This document shows positions 35,838 to 48,314 of a stretch of 64,000 nucleotides of DNA, one piece after another. A model generated the notes under the pieces. That model saw only the letters and a list, made by a program, of their open reading frames with translations, had not been told where the DNA came from and did not search any database. Numbering within the stretch: position 1 is the first letter of the stretch; each line of letters opens with the position of its first letter. The translations under genes were made by a program, and so were the position numbers. The stretch covers positions 65,596,001 through 65,660,000 of the forward strand of contig OZ249436.1 of the NCBI GenBank assembly GCA_965235115.1, given 5' to 3'. The DNA is from Laetmonice hystrix (lineage: Eukaryota).

Positions 35838-38800
35838 GTTAATTGATGGAGACGCAGACTTCCGAGCGGGGTGCTGTATACACACTCATGGGACAATCAG
35901 ATATGCCCGGCCACTTGTCGACGACAGAATATATTATTGGACCGATGAACGGACGTTCATGTTGCGTTCCTTTCCCCACCGGCCAAGTTTTTCTAGTGAC
36001 TCTTGTTTGGGTCGGGTTTCCATTTCCGGTGTCGACTCATAATTAAGGCACACGAGTATTTATCTTCTAAAGGTCAAACCAATCATTTATAAAAAGTCAA
36101 ACTATTACCTATCTTTCTCTACAGTTGGTTTGGTCTGATTTTGCTTAGGGTCACATGCTACAGTTGGATCCTCGTTTCTGACCAGTCTTTCACACGTCGC
36201 AAACCCAAGGCGGTCTCCTGCATATTATTGTGGTCACATTATATTGGAAAGGATTGGTTCACTCAGAGAACATATCCGCCCTGCCACGTTCGCTGATTGG
36301 CATGTCGAAAGGGTCTTGAAGTAGAGACCCATTTGAACACAGCCCGCAAACGACGATGGGCGTAAGTTGTGTAAAACTACACTAGATCACTATTATGGTT
36401 GACTCACGAGGAAGCGAGACGGTTCGAGGAACCGTTCGACATTACCATGTGTACGTCACGTCTCCACGCGCGCATTTAGTCTGAGCATGACGGATCACGT
36501 GACAACGTCGCCAAGCCCAACTCTCGCTCGACAGTCTCGGAATATCGCGTTTCTGTTTGTACATCAAATTGCAATATTTCCTTTCGATGTATCTGCTGGC
36601 CTTGACTCTCGCGGCACGGTGTGCATTACATGAATTGAATGGAGCATAGAGAACATTTTCCGACGTTTGTTCGATAGAGAGCGGCGCAGTGTCCACCTCC
36701 AGGTGCTCAGGTGGCATGAATATTCATCTGTACAGTATAAGTAAATACCTTAACCATTTAAAAAGGCAATGAATGTGGTATGTGCAGTCTAGCGACGCTT
36801 TGATACGTGCGACTGAGGTCGTCTGGAATTACTCTGACAACCACAGAGTACCTATATACAGAGGTTTCACTTACGTCAAAATGCGTTCTAGGCCATCGCA
36901 GCGCCACCTATCGGGGTGGATGACGCTGCTGGCTCTACGTTGGGGACTAAAAGCTTAGTTTTTCTCACCTTGGGTGCTTAAAACGCCCTCGCGGTGGGAA
37001 TAATGAATCAATTCACTTTGAAATTGTTGCAAAGAAAACTAGAGATAATTGCCTTTTGTCTAGTCTGAAATTTATACAAATAGATCAAAGAATTATTTTT
37101 CTTATGGCCATTTGAAAATCATCAAAAAAGTATTAAAAACCCCGTAAAACTTGTGACCTAGAAAAACGTTCTACCTAGCAGCGCTTGCCACGCAAAATCG
37201 GTCGCGACGACCTATACAAAAAAGTATCCAGAATTATTCCCCACATCGTAAGGTCTTCACAGATGCCCTTCTTTTAGCGAGACTCCTTATAGTTTTGGAT
37301 ACAGCAAGGTTTGTTTGGAAATTTAAAAGTTCCCAAAACTTTGTTAATTGACGTTAGAATCTAAGCTCTGCACAGTGTAGCCGGATCAGGGACAGGGGCC
37401 TACACTGTACATAGGCTACAGTGATGTTTACAGATGTATTATAATGCTGTAATTTTCTGAGAATATCTACTGACCTTTGTAATCTCTGCTTCTGTAGTAT
37501 TTTAATTTATCTTATCATAAAACGAGAGCTAGACAGAAAAATAGTGCAGTCTACGTTAGATCTAGCCTTCTTCTGTCTGTTGTTCCGCACGTCTTCTCTA
37601 TGACGTAACAGACACTGATTTAACGAGGCACGCACTGTCTTTTTGATAGTGTAACATTGTAATATCAAGTATCAAAATACGTAGTTAACTATACTATGAT
37701 GTCACAAGTGACAATAAAAGCACAAACAGATCCAATCCAGGCTATAAAATTGTAGCCAGTGTGGATTACGAGGACGTGTTGACGTCCAGCCCAAGTAAAG
37801 GCCAAGACACCCGGCCAGTAGGCTACGGTTTTTGAGCAGCAGCGCTCTAAAACGACCCACAAAGATCTCTCAAACTGCCACAACTGGCAGTTGTGACTAG
37901 ATCTACTGATGATTTTGTCATCAGATCAGTATGAACTACATTATACATAGCATAGGCCTACATAGATAGCCCTACACCAAGCACCCTTGCCTTGCCTACT
38001 ACACCTCTCGTTCTGTCATGCTTACCATCTTCAGCGGTTATTCGACGTCACGTTGCCTGATTTTAGGCCTCAAGGCAATGGTTTTTTTTAATTCAGCCGT
38101 TCTTTTAAGGATTATATTTGTGGTAGGCCTATATAAATTATCTTGACAAATTTGGTATTGACACAAAGCTAATGTTATGGGGATTCAGACTGTATATCTT
38201 AACTTTTTTAGCCTTCAGAGTCTAGGGGTTTCAGTACATTGTTGGCAAATGTACCAAGGCGAACAGTTTGTGTAAAAGATTTCTTCAAATGTTCTTATTC
38301 ACACTCTCGTAACAGCAAAATAATGTGTTTACAAGAAAAGTCACCTATATACTATGAAAGTAAATTGTATGAGGAAGAGAATGATACCATACTTGTTTAG
38401 ATTGCTTTGGGATAGACTGAGTGTGCACCGTATTAAAAGTCGTGCGTTTTGCCTGGGCGGCCGTTGGGGCCGGCCGTTTCTGGGCTACCGTCATCCACGC
38501 CGCTAGGTGGCTGACCCGATGTAACGTCACAATAGAGCTCAATGACACTGAAACTTCTGTATCTACCTATTCTGTGTGACAACTCCAAAAGTTATGTAGG
38601 CCTAGGAATATGGTACGTTGTACCAGCTATACGTGAATTGTCATAAGATAGTAATGCACAGAGACTTAGACTTAGACTGAGCAGGCGCGATTTAAGTAGA
38701 TCATTGTCACTTTAATAACCGTGCTTTGTCTTCTACTATTAATGGTTTCACATTTATTTTTGCATTGACTTGCTTTTTTGTATTTCGAATTCTAATTATA

Positions 38801-41800
38801 GAGAACGGAATGTTTGGCAATAAAATAAGAGAAATGAAATAGTTGGTAATTAGCCAAGGTGTTTGTTTTAAAAAGGAAAACACCTAACTTTAAGTTTATG
38901 ATGTATCAATATTGCCTTCACTCTGAACTACTAAATAGCATCCTCATTACGGGAGAGTCTGTCACACGGACCACTCACCTTGAGAAAACAAACATCTTAA
39001 TCGTTTTAACAGTAAGCTTCAGCGGTTGAGCGCGCTCCTACAAAACCACCTGGTCGTTCAGAACGGAAGTTCGTAAATTCACAACGTGAGGAGGTCAGCT
39101 TTTCATGCCGTCATTGTTGGTAATGTCACGTGACGCGGCAGTTTGCCCTGGTATCAATGAGTGGCTACTTGGCCCGACTCGATAGACACATTCGTTAGAA
39201 CTGCTTTGATCTTGTTTAGGACCAGTCCATAATGCCAGCTGCTTAGCGGGTGGGCCGAATAACGGCGTGGAGATTGGCCATCAATCCGTGCTCAAACCAA
39301 GGCTGCCACCCTGTCCGCCCTCAGCCCCATGTTAACTCTCTGATAGCGGCCTTAGATGTAGTCACGTGACGGTAAGAACTTAATCTTGACAAAGGTAAAA
39401 CTTGCTGGGCATTGACCGCTTGATGCACATATCGCTTGTGATATGTTGAAACAACTGCCATGGAACAGCCCTTCTCACACCCAAACAAAAAAGTAACGCC
39501 TCCCTTATATTATATAGATGATCGCATCCACTATTTTGTCAAGGCTAGGTTTTGTTGGGGTACGCCCGGTTAACGACGTGTATGAGTTTCTAAAAGAGAT
39601 CGCTGTTTCCCTTAGGAAATTTAAACTAGAACATGTTCCATTCATTCCTGTAGCTAGGTTTATGAACCCGTTTCCTTTAAATATGGGGGCTTCTATCGAG
39701 GAGAGTGATGAAGTCAAAAGTAGTGCGAACAATTATAAATTATTTTTCTTATATACTAGTTTCACATTGCATGTAGTCCTGAATCATGCTCTGATAGTAA
39801 TATTATAGCAAGCAAACATATTTCTTCACTGATGAGTACTATCATCGACCATCATACCGGGGGATAGGGTCACAGTCAGAACCGTGGCCTTTCCAGTTCA
39901 GACTTGACGACCAGGTTCTGCATCCCTGACGTCACTACTGTTACGTTTAACGTCACCGGAAGTCAAAGTCAACGCGGCCGTCGTGCCTGATCTCATCGTT
40001 GCACGTAGCTGATTCTATCTACACGTATTTCCGGGACCCTTGGCGTTAGATTACTCATATACTGTAGGATTTTGACACTCTAAACACTCTCGGAAATCAG
40101 GAAGTCAACGCTCAGTCTTGTTATAAGGTAATAGTTTACGGTTTAATATTTTCACGGAGGGAATGTCGAACCTTGTACACTATATTTATTATTGTTCCCC
40201 CCAACCATTTCGATATAATTATAATTTCTTATGGGAATCAGCTGCTGTACCGTACTGTACCGAATTACCCTGCTCCGTTTAGCTTCATTGTGATTCAAAT
40301 TATATCTATAGGCCCACCGCGCAACGAAATGTTTTAGAAATATTTCTTTGTAAATTTCGACAAAATGTCATGTGAAACAAAAGGAGTTATTATCATAGAA
40401 ACCAATGTCACATCCTAAGTCTTGGTGATATGCGCCTACAAGAAAACAACACATCTGAAACAATCCACGGGGATATCTATTGGGTAAGAAAAAATGACAT
40501 CTCAACTATCCTTATATCTTTTTCAACCGGAACTGCAGCGCTTAAGCTCAAAAACACCTATGGACAATGCATATACATGTATATAGTGTCATTTCACTTT
40601 CCCTTCTGGGACGCAATGTCAGAAAAACGGAACTACTTTCTGTGTCCAAAGAGAAAGATTTGGCCCTCCCGCTCGGGCTTGTCGACGGTTGGCGCAGTGC
40701 CCAAGCCATGGTATATGTCCTCGTCCAGCGCGAGTCCTCCTCATCAAGTACATTGCCAATCTCTTAACAACACCTTCAGCAGGCTATCACTTAATATAAA
40801 CCCTCATTGATATGTATAATGAGTAAAGCCGCATTTACTACCTATTTGCCAGTTCACTGTAGTCGAACAAGTACCCCGAGACGTCCATAAGCTGTGATGG
40901 TGTCTACCATTATGAGTTTTTCTGATAGAATCGCACCAAAAAGGGGGAGACTTTTTATGCGATTAATTAAGTAGGTGATAAAACCAGTCAGTTTGGAGAA
41001 GCAATAATTGTGAAGGAGGCGAGCCAATCAATCAGAGAAGTGCTAAGGACAAAGGGGGCACTCCCATGTTCTGTTCTGTACTTCGGGTTCGTTTATTCGC
41101 TGTTCGACTATGGCGATACCCATTGAAAACCGGACATTGTCGCTTCATTTCATTCCACTGAAGATGTAGGCGTCAGCTTGTCACAAAAGGCATTCCTCAT
41201 TGGTTTACGTTTGACACCAACCCAGAATGTCGGCTGCGTCGATCGCCTCCAACGTGTGATTGATGTATTTTTTCTAAGGCGTTAGAGTAAGTCTCATGGG
41301 ATCTCTATGATAAGGGAACAGCAGTTGAAATTGCAATTTCTTCTTTTCTTTTTTCGCCAACAGCCAAGTAAAGCGACCGAGAAAGAATTGCCTACCTTAG
41401 CTCGTCCTCCTCCTCCTGCATTCGGAAGATGTCCTTGTCGCTGCCCTTCCAGGAACGGCAGCATTTTAGATCACACAGTATTTTCATCATTTTGTAAACT
41501 TTAAAAATTCACCAACGGAAACCTCTTGCCGTGTAGGTTTTTGGAGTTAAGGAATGACACGAACGCAGCAAAATTCGTTGAATTATTGAGGGAAAGAAGG
41601 AACGGAAGGGGAACAGGGCCTGTTCTGGTAAATGTGTCTTCATTTGTTCTTCTGTCGACAGTCAGGATGAAATACCTCAACAGGTGTGAAGCACGTTGGA
41701 CGGAGCGTCCGCTGTCTCCGGGCCACTCTCACTGAGATGGAAGCCAGCAGACGATCTTTGTCATGTAGTGTCCACCCTGCTGGCCGCCCGCTTCCAGCTC

Positions 41801-43267
41801 TCGCTGGTCCCGTTCACTGCTCCACTCCTTTGATGTCGCTGGCGCCATCGACGTCTGCCGCAGCGTCCATCCACGCAGTGTCGTCTGCTTTGGCCGTCAC
41901 GCGCGGGAAAATGACGGCGGCACACGGTTCGAGCATGGTCCTGCCGGACGAAAGCTGACTGCCCGGATCTTAGTGCAAACTGGCAGCAAGTATTTGAGAG
42001 GAACACACAGTTCCAAGCCATAAATTCCTCTCCTTTTCAATGAAAGCAGCTTGAAGTCCGTAGTGTAATTACACCTACGTGACTGCAATCGTTGCACGAC
42101 CAGCCACGTGGATTTGTTAAGAGAGAAGAAGTTAAGATAAACCCGAGTGTTGTCCAACAGAAGCTAGTATTTACTGGTTGGAATTCACACACCATGCCCA
42201 CCAAAACGGGCCTTACAAACCGCAACGTACACTGCCCTGGCGTCGGCTAGCCAACCGATAATGTAGTCTTCATAACGGCGGCCAGCGAAAACAGACCATG
42301 ATCTCAACTGATTTTGATTAATGTTATGCCGTTAAGTGGAAACTCTCAGGTGATTCGTCCATGCAGATCAGACCAACTGGTGGCCCACTTCCGACATCAC
42401 AATCCTTCCGCGGATGTAAACGGTATTGGTACGTGATATGTAAAACAACCCAAAAGTATGCATTCGGCCTATTATATTATCGTTCCAGGTTTTCTCTCTG
42501 TATGCCTCAATATCATTCCTTCAAATTACGATAATAAACTGCTACAGACGTATAGGCTCTTATATTCATCGCCCGTTTGATATACGTTTTGTGCGTTTGC
42601 ACTTGCCGCTTCTCGAAATCTGGTGACCACGGGCCTCTTATCCCGGCTTGATTCACCAGATTGCGAAAGCCTGCAGTTTCTTTTCATGGACCAACGAGTT
42701 AACAGGGAAAATAAGAACAGGAGGCAAGGATGAAAGGATACAGGGGTGCCAAATATTATCTAAAAGTCCATTCGGGTCATTCGGGCCTTTGTATGGGTAC
42801 AGAAAGGTTAGGAATGTGGCGGGTTTATAAATCACCCCTCCGCCATCGCCCGGATGTTCACTATACCTGAACCAGCTGTGTTCCCGACGTATACGGGGCC
42901 CTAGGTGAATATTTCTCTGTGTAATGTTGCATGATCTACTACCGATCATCGCGGTCTCCCATAGCTCCACAGGTCACGTGAACGGATGTATATCGGTTAC
43001 TAGGCAACCCAGATAGCAGGTAACGATGAACAATGGGGTAAATGACTATTGTGTTGTGTCATTTTACCAGCAAACAAGAAGCCTCTTAAAAGGTTCCGGG
43101 TGAATGCATGTCTCCTGAAGTAGATGACGTCAGTAATCCGTTGCTCTGCTCTTTAAAAAGTGAAAATATGTATATATTCTAAAATTACCCATGTCATATT
43201 CCAACTGGTTCTATACAAAGAGCGTTTTAGTCAGTCTTGCAGTGCGAAATACGTTATTTCGTTACCA

Positions 43268-43322
43268 CGAAATGATTTCGAGGGAGCGAAATAACATATT
43301 TCGTTCCCTCGAAATCATTTCG
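43268..43322. repeat. Near-perfect inverted repeat (26-bp arms, 3-nt spacer)
   Basis: CGAAATGATTTCGAGGGAGCGAAATA-ACA-TATTTCGTTCCCTCGAAATCATTTCG is followed by a further partial arm copy (AGGGAACGAAATA). Confidence 0.9.
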
Positions 43323-44920
43323 AGGGAACGAAATAATGTATAACTTTTTTATACACTCATACTCCCTTCGGGGCGCCGTATACCCTACCGGCAGCCCCGG
43401 TCCAGGAGTGAGGGCGGTGAGGGGGCACCAACTACAACCGGGTTAAAGGTCAGACAATTGGCCGCGCGACCGTCTACAATATCCACTGGAGAGAAGGAGG
43501 TCTAAATGAAGACCCCACTCATTGCTCCCGCCTTTAGGACAGATAAATATATCTGGGTCATAGAATGGATCTTTTCTGGCCACTTTAACGGCACAATAAT
43601 AGTGTGATTAAAATAAACCTTATCTTCACGACATGTATAGAAGACATAGCAGGAAAAACGTTGTCATCATTCCCCCAAAGTTTGCCCGCAGTATTGTGCT
43701 GACCTCTGCTCTGGATCCGCCCTGCCTATGAAAACCATGTCATTGCCAACGATGGCTCAGCCGGGCTTCCATTGGCTGGTACGGTGGCCCACGTGACGTG
43801 ACCGGATGGCGTCACGTCGACAACCGTCAATCGTTGTACCATCCTGAGTGATAACTCGTCACGACTACACACGGCGTGCCAAGGGCCACAGCAAGGCATC
43901 TCCTAAACCACTCGCCATGACCGTAACCCTGACCCCCAGATAAGTTCATCAGGATTTGCACCTCTAAGAACGACGGACGGACGGTTCTAACAGACGGTGA
44001 TTTATCACTGTATCCGGGGGGGGGGGGGGGGGTCTGAGAAAGGTAGAGACAACCTTGTCTCAGTGCTAAAGGAGCATGAAACCTTCCCAGGGATGGGCTA
44101 ATCACACACGCTTGAACTATGCACCCACCTATACTACATCAAAGTCCTATTTCCTGACCTATTCAGGTTATCCGGGGAGTTGTCTCCCAACCAACGGCTG
44201 AGAATTTCTCTATGGCCCATATCGTAGGCAGGATACAACATCGCCGCTGGGGGCCTGAGCTGGTGGAATCCATCTGTATTGTAAAGTACCTCCTACACAG
44301 CTGCCCCTACCCCCTATTTATGTGAATGGTTGTCAGACAGAAAAAGGGACTTGGCGGGATCCTCGCCGGATGGGGCATTCTGATTCTGGGTCACGTGATT
44401 TACAAATCCTGTGGAAAGACGAGAGTTCATAACGAGTATCAGGTAGCTCGCCAGAGGGAGCCACCGTGACGATGAGAAGTTCCTTCTCTTAAATCAGGCT
44501 GAACTAAAGAATACGAATTACGCAAAGGAGGACTCAAGAAGACCACTTTCCTTTTATATGCTGTTAACTAGCTAAAAAATGAACACACGCCTTCCTAAAA
44601 TACATAGACAGGGGTTTATAAATGTACTGGTAGATAACATATACTACGCTGGGTCACATAGCACCGCCATTAGTTGGGACCTTTACGTATAATTGTAACA
44701 AACAAGGTACATGTATTTCCCTTTGTTACTCGTTCACATAAATATAAGATAATATAAGACTATTATCTTGAGGACTTGTTTTTACCATCGACTGATATCA
44801 CACTGATATAACACGTTTATTTCTACTTCATGACAGCAAAGCTACATTCATTTGGACGTGAATGCCACTCTTAGTACTGCTCACTAACCGGTAGAGGGCC
44901 TCTTGGCTTTGTGTAAAAAA

Positions 44921-45102
44921 GGTTGGGTGGTTGGGTGGTTGGTTGGGTGGTTGTTTGGGTGGTTGGGTGGTTGGTTGGGTGGTTGGGTGGTTGGTTGGGT
45001 GGGTGGTTGGGTGGTTGGTTGGGTGGGTGGTTGGGCGTTGGGTGGGTGGTTGGGCGTTGGGTGGTTGGTTGGGTGGTTGGTTGGGTGGTTGGTTGGGTGG
45101 TT
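44921..45102. repeat. (GGTT/GGGT)n compound microsatellite
   Basis: Directly visible simple repeat. Confidence 0.95.
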
Positions 45103-45978
45103 CGTTGTAGGACCAAAGGAGACCGACAGGGCCCGAGTTGAGGGTGGGGTGGAAAAAAATTCCGGAAGTCCATAGATACGTTCTCAGAGCATCTCAGAGC
45201 AAAAATCTCCCCTAAATCTATCGAAGAAATACCATCATTTTTATGAGTGAAACACAGGAAATCGGCAAAAATGTCCCCCTAATTTATTGGGTTCCCAATG
45301 AAGGATAATAGGGGTAACTGTAGCCATGGGTCCATGGTGGGGGGGGGGGGGGGTCTGCATGTGGTCTTACTAATCTGTAGTTTCTAAAAACTCTGAAAAT
45401 GACGAGGCTTTCAGAGATCCCGCTGAAAACTTTACATTTTTCTCTTGCCAAAACGTGTCTATAGTTATCGTACACAACATAAGTACTCCACATTCCCCAA
45501 ACCATTAGCTTCTCATTGCTCTTATCGCATGGACAGACATCATTGATGTAAAAAATGGTCCATCAAAGAATTGCAATAATCAAAACCAAGCGATCAAGTG
45601 GTCTGTTACTCATGTAAGTAACATTACCTTTGGTGCATTCTCTATACAAGTGCTTCTATGTGCCACTGTGCGATCCTAGCATACCAAGAGCCTCTCTTAC
45701 GACTAAGGCATACCTTCATCTTGTTTTTACTAAGTTTGAAATTTTCGATAATGTTTGAAGCTGGTATAGCGTACAATTGACATGCCGTATTACTAATGTG
45801 GAAGTGTGCGTAATGGACTGAGTGCTATCACTAGAGATTTCAACTGACAGTGGGGCGACAGGCATGCAGAAATGACTGGGGGAAACATTGAATTGTGGTT
45901 AAATTATGTGACGACTTACCCTCTGTGTAAGCGTTTAGGACAGATGAAATAAGATAATGTCAATTGTAAGGAGCCAGT

Positions 45979-46660
45979 ACAATCAATGACAATTATCCCC
46001 AAAGTAAAAGGATGTGTTTTTTTCTCTAGGTCACAGGACTATTTCTATATACAAAAAATATCCGTATGTCGCCTTATCGAGCTGACGTATGCAGCTCGCA
46101 CTAAGCAAGGTCCTGTAAGTTGGAAAAAGGGATTGATCAAAATTACGAACTCTTCAAGGGGAGTGGACAGGACCCATGGAAAAAACTAACTAGGTAATAA
46201 AGAAACGGGAGAGCATATTTGCTGAAACTCAAGTGCTAATCAGTCCCTCGAGTATTCTCTGACAGTACAGGGGTCGCTAAACCTAGGCTCGTCCGTAGTG
46301 GCCACAGTCGTAAAGTATGGCGGGAAGAGTATTTATGGCAGAAACGGCGTGTTGCGTGGCAACATACTGCTTCCTGTGAAGACACTGAACATCATCGAAA
46401 CTGACCCTCGCACAGATCACCCAACGCACAACAGGATACTGTTACTGAGAAAAAGAAAAGTCTATCATGTTGTCTACTGCTGAGAGACAGGTAAGCCGAT
46501 ACGAGTGTACATTACACAATACGGCAAGCGAGTGTGCGATGGCTTCTATGACAACAACGAGGTGAACACTACAACTTTGTACCGTCCTTGTACAAAATAC
46601 GGTCTCGTTTAACGAGGTAGGCCGAATAAACTAACAATATTTGAAGAAAACGCTTGATGT
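45979..46660 (+). mobile_element. Decayed Penelope-like retroelement fragment (RT C-terminus/thumb plus GIY-YIG endonuclease)
   Basis: Frame-shifted motifs occur in the expected order: INDNYPQSK, GHRTISIYKK (cf. TSVYRKP), PVSWKKGLIK (cf. HPxSxKxGLIKTL), RGNILLPVK (cf. VxLPYVK), DTVTEKKKS and VYC*ETGKPIRVYITQY (cf. YIGETGRPLRxRIxEH, GGA>TGA). Recognised by eye only. Confidence 0.55.
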
Positions 46661-47323
46661 AATCTCATGGAATGGATAATGTCTTCCCTGTAAACTGACA
46701 AAACGGTAATTCCTGCCATGTCAACACACAAATGAATCTAAATCGTGGTTGAATGCATGAGTAGGTGCTGGGTAAACAGAAATGAATACGTGGCTCTAGC
46801 GTTTAGTCACTCTCCCATCCATACTGTAATAATAAACCCCTCCTTCCCTGACAGAATGGATCAGATTTAACTTCATCTTGAAAATTCCAAACTAAAACCT
46901 GAACGGAAATTCTGTATAGAATCATGCTCGCTGCCTGGAGGTTCTTATAACGGATTATATAAACGTATTGAAACAAAAAGGACTCCATGCTCATCTCTGG
47001 TCGACTGAGAACTCTCTCCGCTGGAAAACCAGGAACAATGAGGGAGACTACATGGTGCTTCTCGCGATTGGTCAACCCTCCAGTCCCGCCAGAGGGAGAC
47101 ACCTGTTTCTCGACGTCTGATTGGTCGCATCCTCTTGTGTGTTTAACCTAATGCACCATGTTTTTTAATGTATGTCCCATAAGAAATGCTTGTAATTTGA
47201 AACATGTTCCTTTTGCCGGACAATTTTCATTTGGAGAATAAGTAATATACCACGCAACAAAAAAATAGTCTACGAGGAAGGGGACACACGATAATTTGCC
47301 GAGGTATCCGGGAAAGGATATGT

Positions 47324-48314
47324 CACCAAGGATATTATCACCTGTAGAAGAGGTGAAGGGTTGGGTGGCACGTACTAACCGACAGGGAACACCAAGGATA
47401 TTATCACCTGTAGAAGAGGTGAAGGGTTGGGTGGCACGTACTAACCAACACTGAACACCAAGGATATCATCACCTGTAGAAGAGGTGAAGGGTTGGGTGG
47501 CACGTACTAACCAACACTGAACACCAAGGATATTATCACCTGTAGAAGAGGTGAAGGGTTGGGTGGCACGTACTAACCGACACTGAACACCAAGGATATC
47601 ATCACCTGTAGAAGAGGTGAAGGGTTGGGTGGCACGTACTAACCAACACTGAACACCAAGGATATTATCACCTGTAGAAGAGGTGAAGGGTTGGGTGGCA
47701 CGTACTAACCAACACTGAACACCAAGGATATTATCACCTGTAGAAGAGGTGAAGGGTTGGGTGGCACGTACTAACCAACACTGAACACCAAGGATATTAT
47801 CACCTGTAGAAGAGGTGAAGGGTTGGGTGGCACGTACTAACCAACACTGAACACCAAGGATATTATCACCTGTAGAAGAGGTGAAGGATTGAGTGGCACG
47901 TACTAACCCACACTGAACACCAAGGATATTATCACCTGTAGAAGAGGTGAAGGGTTGGGTGGCACGTACTAACCAACACTGAACACCAAGGATATTATCA
48001 CCTGTAGAAGAGGTGAAGGATTGAGTGGCACGTACTAACCCACACTGAACACCAAGGATATTATCACCTGTAGAAGAGGTGAAGGGTTGGGTGGCACGTA
48101 CTAACCAACACTGAACACCAAGGATATTATCACCTGTAGAAGAGGTGAAGGATTGAGTGGCACGTACTAACCCACACTGAACACCAAGGATATTATCACC
48201 TGTAGAAGAGGTGAAGGGTTGGGTGGCACGTACTAACCGACACTGAACACCAAGGATATTATCACCTGTAGAAGAGGTGAAGGGTTGGGTGGCACGTACT
48301 AACCGACACTGAAC
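47324..48314. repeat. Minisatellite, 66-bp unit, 15 copies
   Basis: The unit is CACCAAGGATATTATCACCTGTAGAAGAGGTGAAGGGTTGGGTGGCACGTACTAACCAACACTGAA. It produces the 22-aa-repeat minus-strand ORF 47148-48428. Confidence 0.97.

Noticed and set aside
46266-46490. 225-nt plus-strand host exon (acceptor GACAG|, donor CAG|GTAAGC)
   Set aside because: All three frames contain stops, and the segment is better explained as the Penelope fossil.
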